In this document: one piece after another, positions 1 to 12,544 of the stretch
Position numbering within the stretch: position 1 is the stretch's first letter
Layout: each line of letters starts with the position of its first letter
Origin: Sphyrna mokarran
Taxonomy: Eukaryota
DNA: 64,000 nucleotides
Reading direction: 5' to 3'
Assembly: GCA_024679065.1 (NCBI GenBank)
Contig: JAGIQG010000040.1
Span: 9,114,001-9,178,000, forward strand
The notes under the pieces: model-generated
Databases searched by the model: none
What the model saw: only the letters and a program-made list of their open reading frames with translations
What the model was told of the DNA's origin: nothing
Translations under genes and position numbers: made by a program

Positions 1-218
1 GCTCAGGTCCCCTCTTAGCCTCCTCCTTTCTAACGAAAACAACCTCAAATCCCTCAGCCTCTCTTCATAAGACCTGCCCTCCATACAGGCAACATCCTGG
101 TAAACCTCCTCTGTACCCTCTCCAATGCCTCCACATCTTTCTTATAATGTGGGGACCAGAACTGCACACAATACTCCAAGTGCGGCCGTACTAGAGTTTT
201 GTACAGTTGCAACATGAC
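1..218 (-). mobile_element. CR1-clade LINE 3' fragment (young subfamily), continuing off the left edge
   Basis: Encodes [41 protein letters not shown]; nearly identical by eye to 20596-20818. Confidence 0.9.
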
Positions 219-971
219 CATATCTCTGATGTGGACTTCAATGCCCCTGATTTTCAGTGTTCCTTTACCTGCCGAGACTCTAATCTCTGGAACTCCTTCT
301 TTCAAAGACTACACTTTCCCTTTGTGCTTCAAGACGATGCTCAGAAAAATAAATTCATTGAACAATTCTAAGTCATTTTGCCTGTGAGTATAAAGTTGAT
401 TGGTTAAAATCTTGTGAAGTATCCCCATTCTACTTATCCGAATGTCCGAAGAAACAAACGCCTCATCGCCTTCTCAAATGAAAGCTGGAGATGGACAAGA
501 CATTTTCTTGCCGTATCTACATGCATACAGTTAGTGATTAAAATATAATTATCCGACATTTACCAGACTTACTAACACAAGATAAAATGCAAATGCATAA
601 CTCCCACATATTTTCAAAAGTTTCCATAATTAATTCTTAAAACCTCAGTAACAATGTGGCAGCCCAGTGCTCAGAACTAATCAACGATTATGAACGGCTG
701 GTGGTCGCAGCATAGATTCATGAATCCACTGATGTTCTACGTCAATGCGTCTAATTGAATTACTAAATTGCAATAGTTCATTTTCTGAGATTGTGCATAC
801 CAGTGGATGAAATACCGATGACTTTATAGGCTTTATCCGGCACAATACTGAAAACATTGGATCACGCTTTACTACATTCAAATAAAACCAAATGTTCATC
901 AATAAAAGGCTAATGTTTGTGCAACGCAATATATTTCAAGTCATGAGAAGTATTCGGTATCATTCACCTAC

Positions 972-1041
972 CGGGAACACCAATAGCAGCGAGAATGGGA
1001 TAAGAAATGGCGAAGAAGATACCTTTCGCTGGTCCATGCAT
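972..1041 (-). CDS. Exon 1 of a GPR139-like GPCR paralog (exon 2 expected left of the window)
   Basis: ATG at 1041; 70 nt encoding MHGPAKGIFFAISYPILAAIGVP plus one base; donor G|GTAGGT at 971. Same peptide as exon 1 at 8451-8520. Confidence 0.8.
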
Positions 1042-1226
1042 CCTCTCCTCAAAAGTGAAATGAAGTTTAAACCTGAGTTTCGCGGTGGTTTCATTGTGTC
1101 CCACATTTATTCTGAGTGAGCGTCTCCAGAGGAATAATTAAGTTAGAACCTGCACCTTAGTTACAGGCCGGTGAACAAACAGATTCACTCATTGTTTTGT
1201 ACCTCCACATTGCACCATTGGCAAAC

Positions 1227-3060
1227 ATAGAAACAAAGAACATTACAGCACAGCACAAGCCTTTCGGCTCTCAATGTTGTGCCGAGCTATGTCAAATCCC
1301 AAGAGGAAGCTATCCCCTTCCTATAATTCTGGAGTGCTTCATGTGCCTATCTAATAACCACTTAAAAGTTCCTAAAGTGTCCGACTGCAGGATCGCAGCA
1401 GGCAGTCTAATCCATTACCCAATCATCCTCTGAGTAAAGAATCTACCTCAGACATCCCTCCTATATCTCCCACCATGAACCTTATATTTATGCACCCTAG
1501 TAACAGCTACATCCACTGGAGGAAATATTCTCTGCACGTCCACTCTCTCAATCCCTCTCATCATCTTATGAACTCTATTAAGTCGCCTTTCATCCTCCTC
1601 CACTCCAAAGAGAAAAGCCCCAGCTCCCTCAACCTTACCTCATAAGACCTACCCTCCAAACCAGGCAACATCCTGGTAAATCTCCTCTGCACTTTCTCCA
1701 ATGCTTCCACATCCTTCTTATAGTGAGATAACCAGAACTGAACACAATATTCCAGATGAGGTCTCACCAACGTCCGGCATAGTTATAGCATAACCCCACA
1801 GCTCTTAAACTCAAACTCCTGATAATAAAGCTAGCACACTATAAACTTTCTTCACAGCTCTATATACTTGAGTGGCAACCTTCAGAGATCTCTAGATATG
1901 AAAACCCAAGATCTCTCTTTTCCTCCACGTTGCTCAGAACCCTGCCGTTGACCTTGTAATCTGCATTCCAGTTTGTCCTTCCAAAATGAATCCCCTCACA
2001 TTTATCAGATCTAAACTCCATCTGCAACTTACCAGCACAGCTCTGCATCCTATCGATGTCTCTTTGCAGCCTACGAGAGCCCTCACATCATCCACAATTC
2101 CAATGGTCTTGGTGTCAACAGCAAATTTACTAACCAATCTTCAACTCCTTCTTCCAAGTCATTGAAAAAAATCACAAAAAAACAGAGGACCCAGCACTGA
2201 CCCCTGTGGAACACCGCTGGTAACTGGCCTCCAGTTTGAAAATTTTCCCTCCACCACCATTCTCTGTCTTGTTTGATACTGCCAATTACTTATTCAATTG
2301 GCCAAATTTCCTTCTATCTAACACCTCCATACCTTTTTCATGAACCTACCATGAGGAAACTTATCAAACGTCTTACTAAAATCAATGTATACAACATCAA
2401 TAAATCTAGCTTTGTCCACACACTTAGTTACCTCCTCAAATAATTCAATCAAATTTGTGAGACAGAACTTGCCCCTCACAAAACTGTGCTGACTATCCCG
2501 GATTAAACTGAAGCTTTCAAAATGGTCATGAATCCTATCTCTCAGGACCCTTTCCATTATCCTACTGACCACTGAAGTAAGACTAACTGACCTATAATTA
2601 CGAGGGACATTCCTATTTCCTTTCTTGAAAAGGGGTATAACATTTGCCACTCTCCAACTCTCTGGTACTATCCCTATGGACAGTGAGGACCAAAGATCAC
2701 AACTAAAGTCTCTGCAGTCTCATCTCTTGCCACCCAAAGTATCCTAAGGTGTATCCCACCTGGTCCGGGGGACTTATCGACCCTCAGGCTTTTGAAAATT
2801 GCTAATACATCTTCGCTCAGAACATTTACCTCCTGGATCCTATCATCCTGTATCACGCACTTATCTTCAAAAACATGGCCCCTCTCCTTAGTGAACACTG
2901 AAGAATAGTATTCATTCAACGCCTCACCTATTTTTTCTGACTCAATGCACAATTTCCCACTATTATCCTTGACTGGCCCTAACCTCATCCTGATCATTCT
3001 TTTATTTCTTACACAAGAGTGAAAAGCCTTGGCTTTTATTCGAACCACCAAGGACTTCTT
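1227..3060 (-). mobile_element. CR1 LINE, 5'-truncated, frameshifted RT
   Basis: ORF fragments [57 protein letters not shown]; CATAGAA-type 3' tail at ~1227. Confidence 0.9.
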
Positions 3061-3084
3061 TATGACTCGTACACCAAGGCACCC

Positions 3085-3155
3085 TGCCAAAACCCGGGTT
3101 CGAACCACGGACCTTTAGATTTTCAGTCTAATGCTCCCAACTGAGCTATTTCGGC
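3085..3155 (-). tRNA. tRNA-Phe(GAA), probable pseudogene
   Basis: GCCGAAATAGCTCAGTTGGGAGCATTAGACTGAAAATCTAAAGGTCCGTGGTTCGAACCCGGGTTTTGGCA; compared with canonical vertebrate tRNA-Phe it has a 2-nt D-arm deletion and a T-stem mismatch. Confidence 0.85.
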
Positions 3156-3309
3156 TGCCTGGTAAGCTAAAGCTTCCATCTCCCAAATATATAAGACAGA
3201 AATGATATCTGCCTATTCAATAATGCATCATTTTCATCTTTCTTCGAATAACCACAACCAAATATCTCAGAAATAAAAGCAAATTGCTGCGGATGGTGAA
3301 AGAGAAAAT

Positions 3310-4850
3310 GGAACAAAATCTCACACTATCTGAACAGCACCTGTAAAGAGTGAAAAGGCGGATATTTCGAGTCCTGATGACCCTTTATGAAAGCTCATTG
3401 TACAATTGTACTCAAAATTCGTTTCAATATTTAGTATCAATGTATTATTTAACACATATGTCTTCATTATGAATTGAATATCTCTGAAATTGAGCATCAG
3501 TGAATTGAAAACATAACTGACCAACAGAACGAACCCAATTAACGGGTAATACAGACTGCAATTCTGAGATTGAATATCGTCAGCCTTTAAACGAAGTCAA
3601 ATCCATTTAAATGGAGGAAAATCAAGAGTTATCTGTTAGTGACCCTTGAGCCTTTTTTATTATAGATGTGAAATATTCAGGCGCATAAATTCCGGCCCGT
3701 TACAGGAATATCCAGAAGATTCGCACAGAGTCTCGATTCCCTCATCTGTCTCAATGACTTTTCCTGTTTCTTAGTGATGAAAAGCGATTTTAAAAAAAAG
3801 ATTCTTCTTTGAAATGTTCGCCATTCCCCCTAGTTCACTTATAGTATCACATGCGTCTGTCTTTTTGAGCACACACTACTATCAGATATTTCAGATGGTG
3901 ATTAACCATATTGATCTGCACCTATAAACCCATTCAATTCTGTTATAGACTGAAGGAGATGCGAATATGTGCTTGGCGTCAAAATCGAACTTTCCTGTCA
4001 GTGCGTCAAAAAAATGCGTATCTCATTTCGCAGAAAGCATTTGAGGGTGAAGTCAGAGCAATGATAACATGTCTTTAAGGATCATAGCAAGTCTCACAAG
4101 GACTGGAAGCATCTATAAGGAGTGAAAGGAGCTGACGTTTCGAGTCGAGATGACTGTTTGTCAAAGCTCATTGTACAATTGTGCACAGTATTTGTTTCAA
4201 TATTCAGTATCAATGTATTATTGAACACATATGTCTTCATTATCAAATGGCTTATGTCTCAAATTGAACATCACTAAATTGCATACACAACTGGCCAACA
4301 AAATGAATCGAGTCACCGGGTAATACAGATCGCAACTTTAACATTCAGCAGAATCAGTTTTTTTTAAAAAAAAATCAACTAGATCAAACTGGAAGTGATT
4401 TAAGTATTATCTGTTGGTGACTTTTGAGCCTTTTTTTGTAATGGGCGTGTAACATTCAGACACATAAATTCCTTTATAGGAAAATCAAGTAGGTCCGCAC
4501 TGAGTATCGATTACCTCATCTGTCAGAATGGTTTTTCCTGTTTCTGAGTGCTGAAAAACGATTTAGAAAAGATTTTTCTTTGAAATGTGCGCCATTTCCT
4601 CCAGCTCACTTACAGTATCACTTGTATCTGTCTTATTGAGCACACACTACTATCAGATATTTCAGATGTTGATTAACCATATTAGTCTGCACCCATAAAC
4701 CCATTAAATTCTGTTGTAGACTGAACGAGATGCGAATATGTTCTCGGTGTCAAAATCGATCTTTCCCGTTAGTGCATCAAATAAAAAGTGTTCCTTATTT
4801 CACAGAAATCATTTGAGGGTGAAGTCAGAGAAAAGATAATATGCCTTTAA
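3310..4850. repeat. Tandem duplication, two ~770-bp units (~3310-4078 and ~4085-4850)
   Basis: Collinear matches, e.g. AAAGCTCATTGTACAATTGT at 3390/4164 and CATTTGAGGGTGAAGTCAGAG at 4038/4810. Confidence 0.85.
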
Positions 4851-4919
4851 CATCGAGGTCCGGATAATGTTGAGCAACAAACAGCTTTTTCCTTACTCGA
4901 CATGGGAAAGCCTAATGAA

Positions 4920-4992
4920 TGTTTCTGTCTGGTTTCGAACCAGGGGCCTTTCGCGTGTTAGGCGAACGTGATAGCCACTACACTACAGAAAC
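4920..4992 (-). tRNA. tRNA-Val(AAC)
   Basis: GTTTCTGTAGTGTAGTGGCTATCACGTTCGCCTAACACGCGAAAGGCCCCTGGTTCGAAACCAGACAGAAACA; acceptor stem fully paired, one T-stem mismatch. Confidence 0.85.
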
Positions 4993-5289
4993 AGCTTGAA
5001 GCATGTTGCAGCAAATCTGCTTGTCTGCAATGTTCAACTCCGCTGTGTTACTGCAGGTTCTGATGGTTAGACTGAGAGCCCATGTCACTGAATTCAGGAA
5101 GGTAACCGTTACTTGAATCTGATTGCAGCTTTATCCCGAACATCCAAATTTAAAAGTGTTCGTCTCCCAAATATCCAAGGGAGCAGTGATTTCTGCCCAT
5201 TCATTAATGGGTCATTCTGATCTTACTTTGAACAATCTCAATCAACTGTACTCAGTAATAAAAGCCAACTACTGCGTGTACTAGAAACA

Positions 5290-5350
5290 GTTTTGAATCA
5301 GGAAACTTTCGCGGATTGGATGAAAGTGATAAAGACTACATTACAGAAAC
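5290..5350 (-). pseudogene. Decayed tRNA-Val copy in a ~360-bp tandem duplicate
   Basis: RC GTTTCTGTAATGTAGTCTTTATCACTTTCATCCAATCCGCGAAAGTTTCCTGATTCAAAAC; flank 5351-5575 matches 4993-5225. Confidence 0.7.
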
Positions 5351-5572
5351 ATTTGGAAGCAAGAAACAGCAACCCTGCCTACCTGCAATGTTCAACTACG
5401 CTGTGTTGCTGCAGGTTCCAACGGTTAGAGCCTATGTCACTTAATTCAGGAACACAATCTTTACTTTCAATCTGATTGTGCAACTTATCTTGAACATCAA
5501 AATTTAAAAGCATTCGTCTTGCAAATATCGAAGGGAGAAATGATTATTGCCCGTTCATTAATGCGGCATTTT

Positions 5573-6000
5573 CATCAGTGTACTCACACTGGGGAGAGAC
5601 CGTTCATCTACCCTCAGTGTGGGAAGGGATTCACTCAGTCTCTAATCTGCTGACACACCAGCAGATTCACACTCAGAACAGACCATTCATCCACTCTGGA
5701 TGTGGAAAGGGATTTGCGTGACCATCCCACCTGCTGATAAACAAGTGCGTTCACACTGGGGAAAAACCTACCCTGAGTGTTCAAAGGGATTTATTCGATA
5801 TCGCATGTGCTGATATACCAGTGAGTTCACACCAATGAGAGTTCATTTTCCTGCTCCGAATGTGGGAAGGGATTTATTAATTCCTCTTCTCTGCAGACAA
5901 AACACCGAATTTACATCGCGGAGAAACCTTTCACATGCTCCACATGTGCAAAGTGTTTTGTTCGACATTAAGCTTGCTGGTACACCAGCGAGTTTATAGA
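5573..6000 (+). pseudogene. C2H2 zinc-finger array relic (~5 fingers, frameshifts and stops)
   Basis: Repeated HTGERPF/CGKGF-type linkers at ~84-bp spacing (cacactggggagagaccgttc, tgtgggaagggatt, gagaaacctttcacatgc). Confidence 0.85.
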
Positions 6001-6059
6001 TCACTGCACTGCTCTGATTGTGCGGTTGTTTATCGGATTCAGGACTGAACTTTGCTCAT

Positions 6060-8270
6060 TACGACATTGGGGAAGTATTAATGATGGGGTTGCTAAGAGG
6101 CTGGAGTTGACAGAATTTGCATTTATATAGAAACTTTCACAACCTCAGGCCAGAGCAGAAACTGTCAGGTATGGGCACAAACCAAAAGTGGAACTCTTTC
6201 AAGGAACAAACACTGCATGTCCTTGATAGGTATGTCCCTGGCAGGCAGGGAGGAAATGGCCAAGTGAGGGAACCATGGTTCACAAAGGAGATTGAATGTC
6301 TTGACAAGAGGAAAAGAATAAGTGTACTCAAGGATGAAAAAAAAACAAGGTTCAGTTGGGTCAATTGTGTGATACAATGTAGCTAGGAATGAGTTAAAGA
6401 AAGGACTGAAGAGAGATAGGAGGGTGCATGAGAAATACTTAGCGGGTCGGATTAAAGAAAACCCTAAGGCTTTTTACTCTTATGTAAGAAATAAAAGAAT
6501 GACCAGGGTGAGGTTAGGGCCAGTCAAAGATAGTAGTGGGAACTTGTGCACGGAGTCAGAAGAGATAGTTGAGGTGTTGAATGAATACTATTCTTCAGTG
6601 TTCGTTAAGTAAAGAAGCCATGTTTTTTGAGGATGTGTGTGTGATACAGGACGATAGGATCCAGGAGGTAGATGTTTTGAGGGACGATGTATTAGCAATT
6701 TTGAAAAGCCCGAGGGTCGATAAGTCCCCTGGATCAGATGGGATACATCTTAGGATACTTTGGGAGGCAAAGAATGAGATTGCAGAGACTTTAGCTTTGA
6801 TCTTTGGTCCTCACTGTCCACAGGGATAGTACCAGAGGACTGGAGAGTGGCAAATGTTGTTCCTCTTTTCAGGAAAGGAAATAAGAATGTCCCTCGTAAT
6901 TACAGGCCAGTTAGTCTTACTTCACAGTCAGAAAGTTAATGGAAAAAGTCCTGAGAGATAGAATTTATGACCATATGGAAAGATTCAGTTTAATCCAGGA
7001 TAGTCAGCACGGTTTCATGAGGAATAAGTCCTGTCTCACAAATTTGTTTGAATTCTTTGAGGAGGTACCTAAGTGTGTGGACGAGGGTAGAGCTGTTAAT
7101 GTTGTATACATGGATTTTAGTAAGACGTTTGATAAATCTCCTCGTGGTAGGCTCATGAAGAAGATACGGAGCTGTTCGATAGAAGGAAGTTTGGTCAATT
7201 GAACAAGTAATTGGTTGTAACATAGAAGACAGAGGGTGGTGGTGGAGGGAAAGTTTTCAAACTGGAGGCCAGTTACTAGCAGTGTACCACAGCGGTCAGT
7301 GCAGGGTCCTCTGTTTTTCTGGGATTTTTATCAATGACTTGGAAGAAGGGGCTCAAGGGTGAGTTAGTAAATTTGCTGACGAGACCAAGATTGGTGGAGT
7401 TATGGATGAGGTGGAGGGCTCTTGCAGGCTGCAAAGAGACATTGATAGGTTGCAGAGCTGGGCTGGAAAGTGGCAGATGGAGTTTAAACCTGATAAGTGT
7501 GAGGTGATTCATTTTGGTAGGACAAACTGGAATGCAGATTACAGGGTCAACGGCAAGGTTCTAAGGAATGTGGAGGAACAGAGAGATCTTGGGATTCATA
7601 TCTACAGAATACTGAAGGTTACCAGTCAAGTGAATAGAGTTGTGAAGAAGGCTAACAGTGTGTTAGCTTCATTAACAGGGGGTTTGAGTTTAAGAGCCAT
7701 GGAGTTGTGCCGCAACTATACCGGCTGTTGGTGAGACCACATTTGGAGTATTGTGTTCAGTTCTGGTCATCTCATTATAAGAAGGATATGGAAGCATTCG
7801 AGAGAGTGCAGCGGAGATTTACCAGGATGCTACCTGGTTTGGAGGATAGTCTTAGAGGAAAGGTTGAGGGATCTGGGGCTTTTCTCTTTGGACTGGAGGA
7901 GGCGACTTACTGGAGGTTTATAAGATGATGAGAGGAATTCATAAAGTGGACGTGCAGAGAATATTTCTTCGCTTCGATGTAGCGTGTTACTAGGGTGCAT
8001 AAATAAAAGGTTCAAATATGGTGGGAGTTATAGGAGGGATGTCCAAGGTAAATTCTTTAATCAGAGAATGATTGGGATATGGAATAGGCTGCCTTCTATG
8101 ATCGTGCAGTCGAACACTTCAGGAACTTTCAAGCGGTTATTGGATAGGCACATGGAGCACTCGAGAATTATAGGGAGGAAATAGCTTGACCTTGCGATTG
8201 GACACAGCTCGGCACAACATTGAGGGCCGAAAGGCCTGTAGTGTGCTATAATGTTCTTTGTTTCTATGTT
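6060..8270 (+). mobile_element. CR1 LINE, 5'-truncated, within the right arm of the inverted duplication
   Basis: ORF pieces [60 protein letters not shown]; 3' tail to ~8270. Confidence 0.9.
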
Positions 8271-9072
8271 TGCCAATGGTGCAATGGAGATACCAAACAA
8301 TGACAGAGTCTGTTTGTTCACCAGCCTGTAACTAAGGTGCAGGTTCCAACTTAATTAAACCTCTGGAGACGCTCACTTAGAATAAATGTGGGACACAATG
8401 AAACCACCGCGAAACTCAGGTTTAAACTTCATTTCACTTACTAGGAGAGGATGCATGGACCAGCGAAAGGTATCTTCTTCGCCATTTCTTATCCCATTCT
8501 CGCTGCCATTGGTGTTCCTGGTAGGTGAAAAATTCCAAATCATTCTCATGACTTGAACTGTATGGCGTTGCATAAACTTTAACATTTTATTGTTGAATAT
8601 TCAGTTTTATTCGAATGTAGCAAAATGTGATGCAGTGTTTTCAGTACTGAGCAGAATAAAGTCTATAATGTGCCCTGTATTTCATCCACTAGTATGCACA
8701 GTCTCAGAAACATGAGTTATTGCAATCTAATAATTCAATTAGATTCATTGACATAGAGTTTGCATTCAGTGGTTACATGAAACGATGTTGCGACCTCTAA
8801 TATATCTTGTCCATCTCCTACTTTCATTTGAAAGGGCGATGAGGCGTTTGTTTCTTCAGACAGCCGGATCAGTAGAATGGGGACACTTCACAAGTCTTTA
8901 ACAAATCAATTTTATACTCACGACAAAAATCACTTAGAATTGTTCAAAAAATTTAATTTTTGAGGATCGTCCTGAAGCACAAGGGAAAGTTTAGTCTTTG
9001 AAAGAAGGGGTTCCCGAGGTTAGGGTCTCGGCAGGTAAAAGCAAATTGAAAATCAGGGGCATTGAAGTCCAC
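6430..9072. repeat. Right arm of the inverted duplication (partner 229-3060)
   Basis: Reverse-complement homology to the left arm, including non-TE sequence and GPCR exon 1. Confidence 0.85.
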
Positions 9073-10409
9073 AGTCGGAGATACAGTGTGATCTCAGATT
9101 GCTACAGCATGTTATCAAAACCTGGAAAGGCAAAAGATTGGAGGGATTTAAAATTTGAAGGAGGAGCTTATAAAAACAGAGACGCTGCCTGAGGGAGGGC
9201 TGATAGGGCTGATGGATGGATGGGATTAGTACGAAGAAGAACAGTGACAGCACTGTTGTATCTGAAATTTGATTATTATTTGAGGGGATCAACTCAGTGA
9301 CAAGAGTGCAGAGTTAAAATTTGGCCTGATTGCCCCTAATTGAAAATAACTTTAATCCAGTTTTGAATGTAGTGCCATTGCCAAGATTTTACAATCAATG
9401 GAGACTGGAGTTGGGAAAGTGAAGGATGGAATCGTTCTCAGTAACTGATTGGTTAGCGCAGTTGCTGGTGTTTACAGTCCTCCCAGTAACACCTCTCTCT
9501 GTCTCTTTTTATCTCACAGCCAACTTGGTGACGATCATAATCTTATCCCGAGGACGGTGCGGACTGTCACGGTGCATCACCTACTATCTTATCGCGATAG
9601 CATTGACTGATTTCCTTGTCATCATCACTGCCGTAATCCTCAACCGGATTGGCCGCATCTACTTTCAGAACAGTGTCCTGTCAACCACCCCTGCATGTAC
9701 ATTCAGCAATCTGCTGGTCTATTTCACCCGGGATTCATCTGTCTGGTTGACAGTGACTTTCACCATCGACCGTTTTGTGGCCATCTGCTGCCAGAGGCTG
9801 AAGACCAGATACTGTACCGAGAAAACAGCATTGCTACTTATAGGAATAGTCTGCATCCTGAGCTGTGTCAGGAATATCCCTTTCTACTTTGCTTACCAGC
9901 CCTTGTACACTCTGAACGGGAAACCCTGGTTCTGTGTTTTTAAGTCCAGCTACTATACGCTGCCGGTCTGGCAGGCATTTGGCTGGCTGGATAACATCTT
10001 AACTCCATTTCTCCCGTTTCTCCTCATCCTGCTTCTTAACGCTCTGACCGTAAAACACATCTTAGCAGCCAGCAGAGCTCGCAGGAGACTCCGGGGCACA
10101 GAAAGTCACGCAGACCCAGAGATGGCCAATCGCAAGAGGTCCATCATCCTGCTCTTCGCCATCGCCCTCAGCTTCCTCCTCCTCTGGGTCACCTATATCA
10201 TATACTTTCTCTATGTTTGGATTACAGGTGTGGGCTACCGCACCAGCCTGGATTTCAAAGACCCCCGGTACATCTTTCAGGAAACTGCAAACTTGCTTCA
10301 ACTAGTCAGTTCCTGCAACAACGTCTTCATCTACGTAGTCACCCAAACCAAATTCCGAGAGGACCTGAAGAAGGTTCTGCTATGTCCTTTCACCAAGCTC
10401 ACTGGCTAA
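8451..10409 (+). CDS. GPR139-like class A GPCR, 2 exons (8451-8520, 9520-10409), 319 aa
   Basis: Exon 1 MHGPAKGIFFAISYPILAAIGVP with G|GTAGGT donor; polypyrimidine+CAG acceptor at 9519; phase-1 join gives VP-A-NLVTIIILSRGRCGLSRC. Seven TMs, DRFVAIC, NVFIY in TM7. The first 31 residues of the ORF track are intronic. Confidence 0.9.
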
Positions 10410-10559
10410 GACACACATGAGGACACTCTTGGGTTTCATCAACTTAGACCAATGTGTATTCCGTCTCTCTGGAATCAGACACTATTTGGATTTAGATACA
10501 GATCTTAGGAGATGTAAGACCCGTAATACAGTGCTCACAGCCACTGTTATTGCTCTGAA

Positions 10560-11680
10560 TGAATGCTGAGTTATCACCGTTGCTAACTTCCTGAAAGAAA
10601 TAATGTAGAAATGGAGATTTCCAGCATTGAAAGAGGCCCTAATCAAATCCCACTTCTCAGTAGCTGATTCGCTTCCTTGAATGCTATGACGTTTCAAGTA
10701 TTGATCCAAATCTTTCTTAAATGTGAGGGTGCTTCCTCCTGCCATATTTTCAGGCAGTGAGTTCTCAATTACCACCACTTTCTAGATTAACAAGATTTTG
10801 TTTTCTTTTCTTTTTCTGCAAATCCCCTGTCAATATCATTCTCCTATCCTTAGATCTATGCCCCTGGTTATTGGCACTTCTACTAAGGAGAATAATTATT
10901 TTCATCTGGTTTATCTATATCCCTCATAGTTTGGTACAATCAGTGAAGTTCCTCTCATCTTCTTCACTTTAAAGAAAATAACCCCAGCCCATCCAGCCTT
11001 GTTTCATCGCCGCAAATTTCAGCCCAGGCAGCATCCTGTTGAATATCCTTAATATTCTTTCTAATACAGCAACATCTATATGTGCAGTGAACCGAATCCT
11101 CGAATGTGTATTGAATCGAAACTATTCTCCTTGTTAAAGTGGTTCGGCACCAGTATCATCCTAATGAATCTGCACATGGTACACTAACCGTGGCATCATG
11201 GGAGTTTTATACAGTTCCAGCGGTCGCTTTTCATCAATGCTTCTGTTGATAAAGACAATTACCTTGGTTGGATAGATTGTTTTTTTTTCTGGAGTGCAGG
11301 CGGCTGAGTGGTTATCTTACAGAAGTATATAAAGTAATATCGGGCACGTATCAGTTAGATAATGCATATCTTTTCCTAGTGCATTGGTGCCTCAATGTAG
11401 AGGGCATAGGTTTCCCGTGAGAAGGGGATGATATAAAAGAGTGCAGAGGGACATTTTTTTTTTCACACAAAGAGTCGTGGATGTCCTGAACAAGCCGCCA
11501 GAGCTAGTGGTACAGGCAAGTATAATTTTGTCTTCAAAAAAAGTTATGACAGTTACATGAGTAAGATGGTTATCGAGAGATATGGAACAAACGCGGGCAA
11601 TAGGGACTTTTTACTAGTTTAAACGGACGGTATAGATATGTTGAGTCGATGAACCTGCTTCCATGCTGTAAAACTCTGTG
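10560..11680. mobile_element. Decayed CR1 3' fragments (minus ~10560-11060, plus ~11265-11680)
   Basis: Degenerate CR1 3' coding/UTR motifs (ttttttcacacaaagagtcgtgg..., gagggcataggttt). Confidence 0.6.
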
Positions 11681-12525
11681 ACTGAAAGACGCTGTTTAAT
11701 CTTTCTAATTCTCCCAGATACAGATTTCAGATGAGTCAGCCTCCGATTTAAATGGATGAGGGAGATATCATGATGGTGGGTTATAAAATGCGATTGGCTA
11801 AGCAACTTACTAGGAATTATTATTGATCTATGTTTACTGAACGTAATTGTTTTTGAACTAATATGAGGCGGGAATGATCTATAAGAAAATCTGTCATTGA
11901 TTTGTTATTGATTGTCCACGTTAGATTCATTGGAAAGGACCTGCCGCTGTATCCCAGGGATTCTTAACCCTTTTTGTCAACTCCGAACAGCTGCTTGTTG
12001 TGTTTAGGTTTTACATAAATGTTCCGTCCTTACACAGAGATATCTGCCTCGTGAGTTTTATATTCTCTGTAGTTAAAGACAGTATTGGTCACCTCAAATT
12101 ATCCCATAACACTAGACATAATTTGGACATTTGTAATCTATTGTGTATTTACATGAAATACACCTCAATCTCTTGGTTTCACCTCATGGTTTTCACCTCT
12201 GTTCTGTATGTGTTCTCTATCTAGCGTGTGATATGCCTGCCTTGTACGTATTTCATCTGACGATATAGAGAGAATTTTACTCTGTTAACCCACACTGTAG
12301 CGACTCTGATAGTGTTTTTGAGGGGCAGGGTAAAGGAAACTATTTCCTGCCAAACACGATCCTGCATCGGCCGCTGATGAAGCAGAACCGTTGCTGTTTA
12401 AAATTACCTGAATCTCGGTCAGTGACAGACCAGTTTATGAGTGAAATTACGGAGGTCTCCTCATTCTTCACTCATTCTGTCTCTGGATTTTATTATAAAA
12501 AGGCATGAAGGTGTTTTACACAGAT

Positions 12526-12544
12526 TGTCCACTGGGTGGCGCAG
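12526..12544 (+). promoter_or_regulatory. CTCF-like motif between the converging IgM and GPCR 3' ends
   Basis: TGTCCACTGGGTGGCGCAG versus core CCASYAGRKGGCRS (one mismatch). Confidence 0.5.

Larger units (their letters stand above)
229..3060. repeat. Left arm of a large inverted duplication (partner ~6430-9072)
   Basis: 230-500 matches the reverse complement of 8805-9072, 950-1250 matches 8245-8530, and the CR1 with its 3' junction is shared. Confidence 0.85.

Noticed and set aside
892-1119. Duplicated 70-75-aa ORF (also 8373-8585) as a novel conserved small protein
   Set aside because: It is the antisense shadow of GPCR exon 1 within the inverted duplication.
3020-3155. tRNA-Phe abutting the CR1 5' end as a nascent tRNA-LINE SINE
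   Set aside because: A TTTT on the minus strand at 3022-3025 would terminate Pol III ~60 nt downstream, and the tRNA D-arm is damaged; more likely a rearrangement junction.
9426-9519. ORF-track N-terminus of the 327-aa GPCR
   Set aside because: Lies in the intron and polypyrimidine tract; exon 1 at 8451-8520 supplies TM1 at the same intron position as the paralog.
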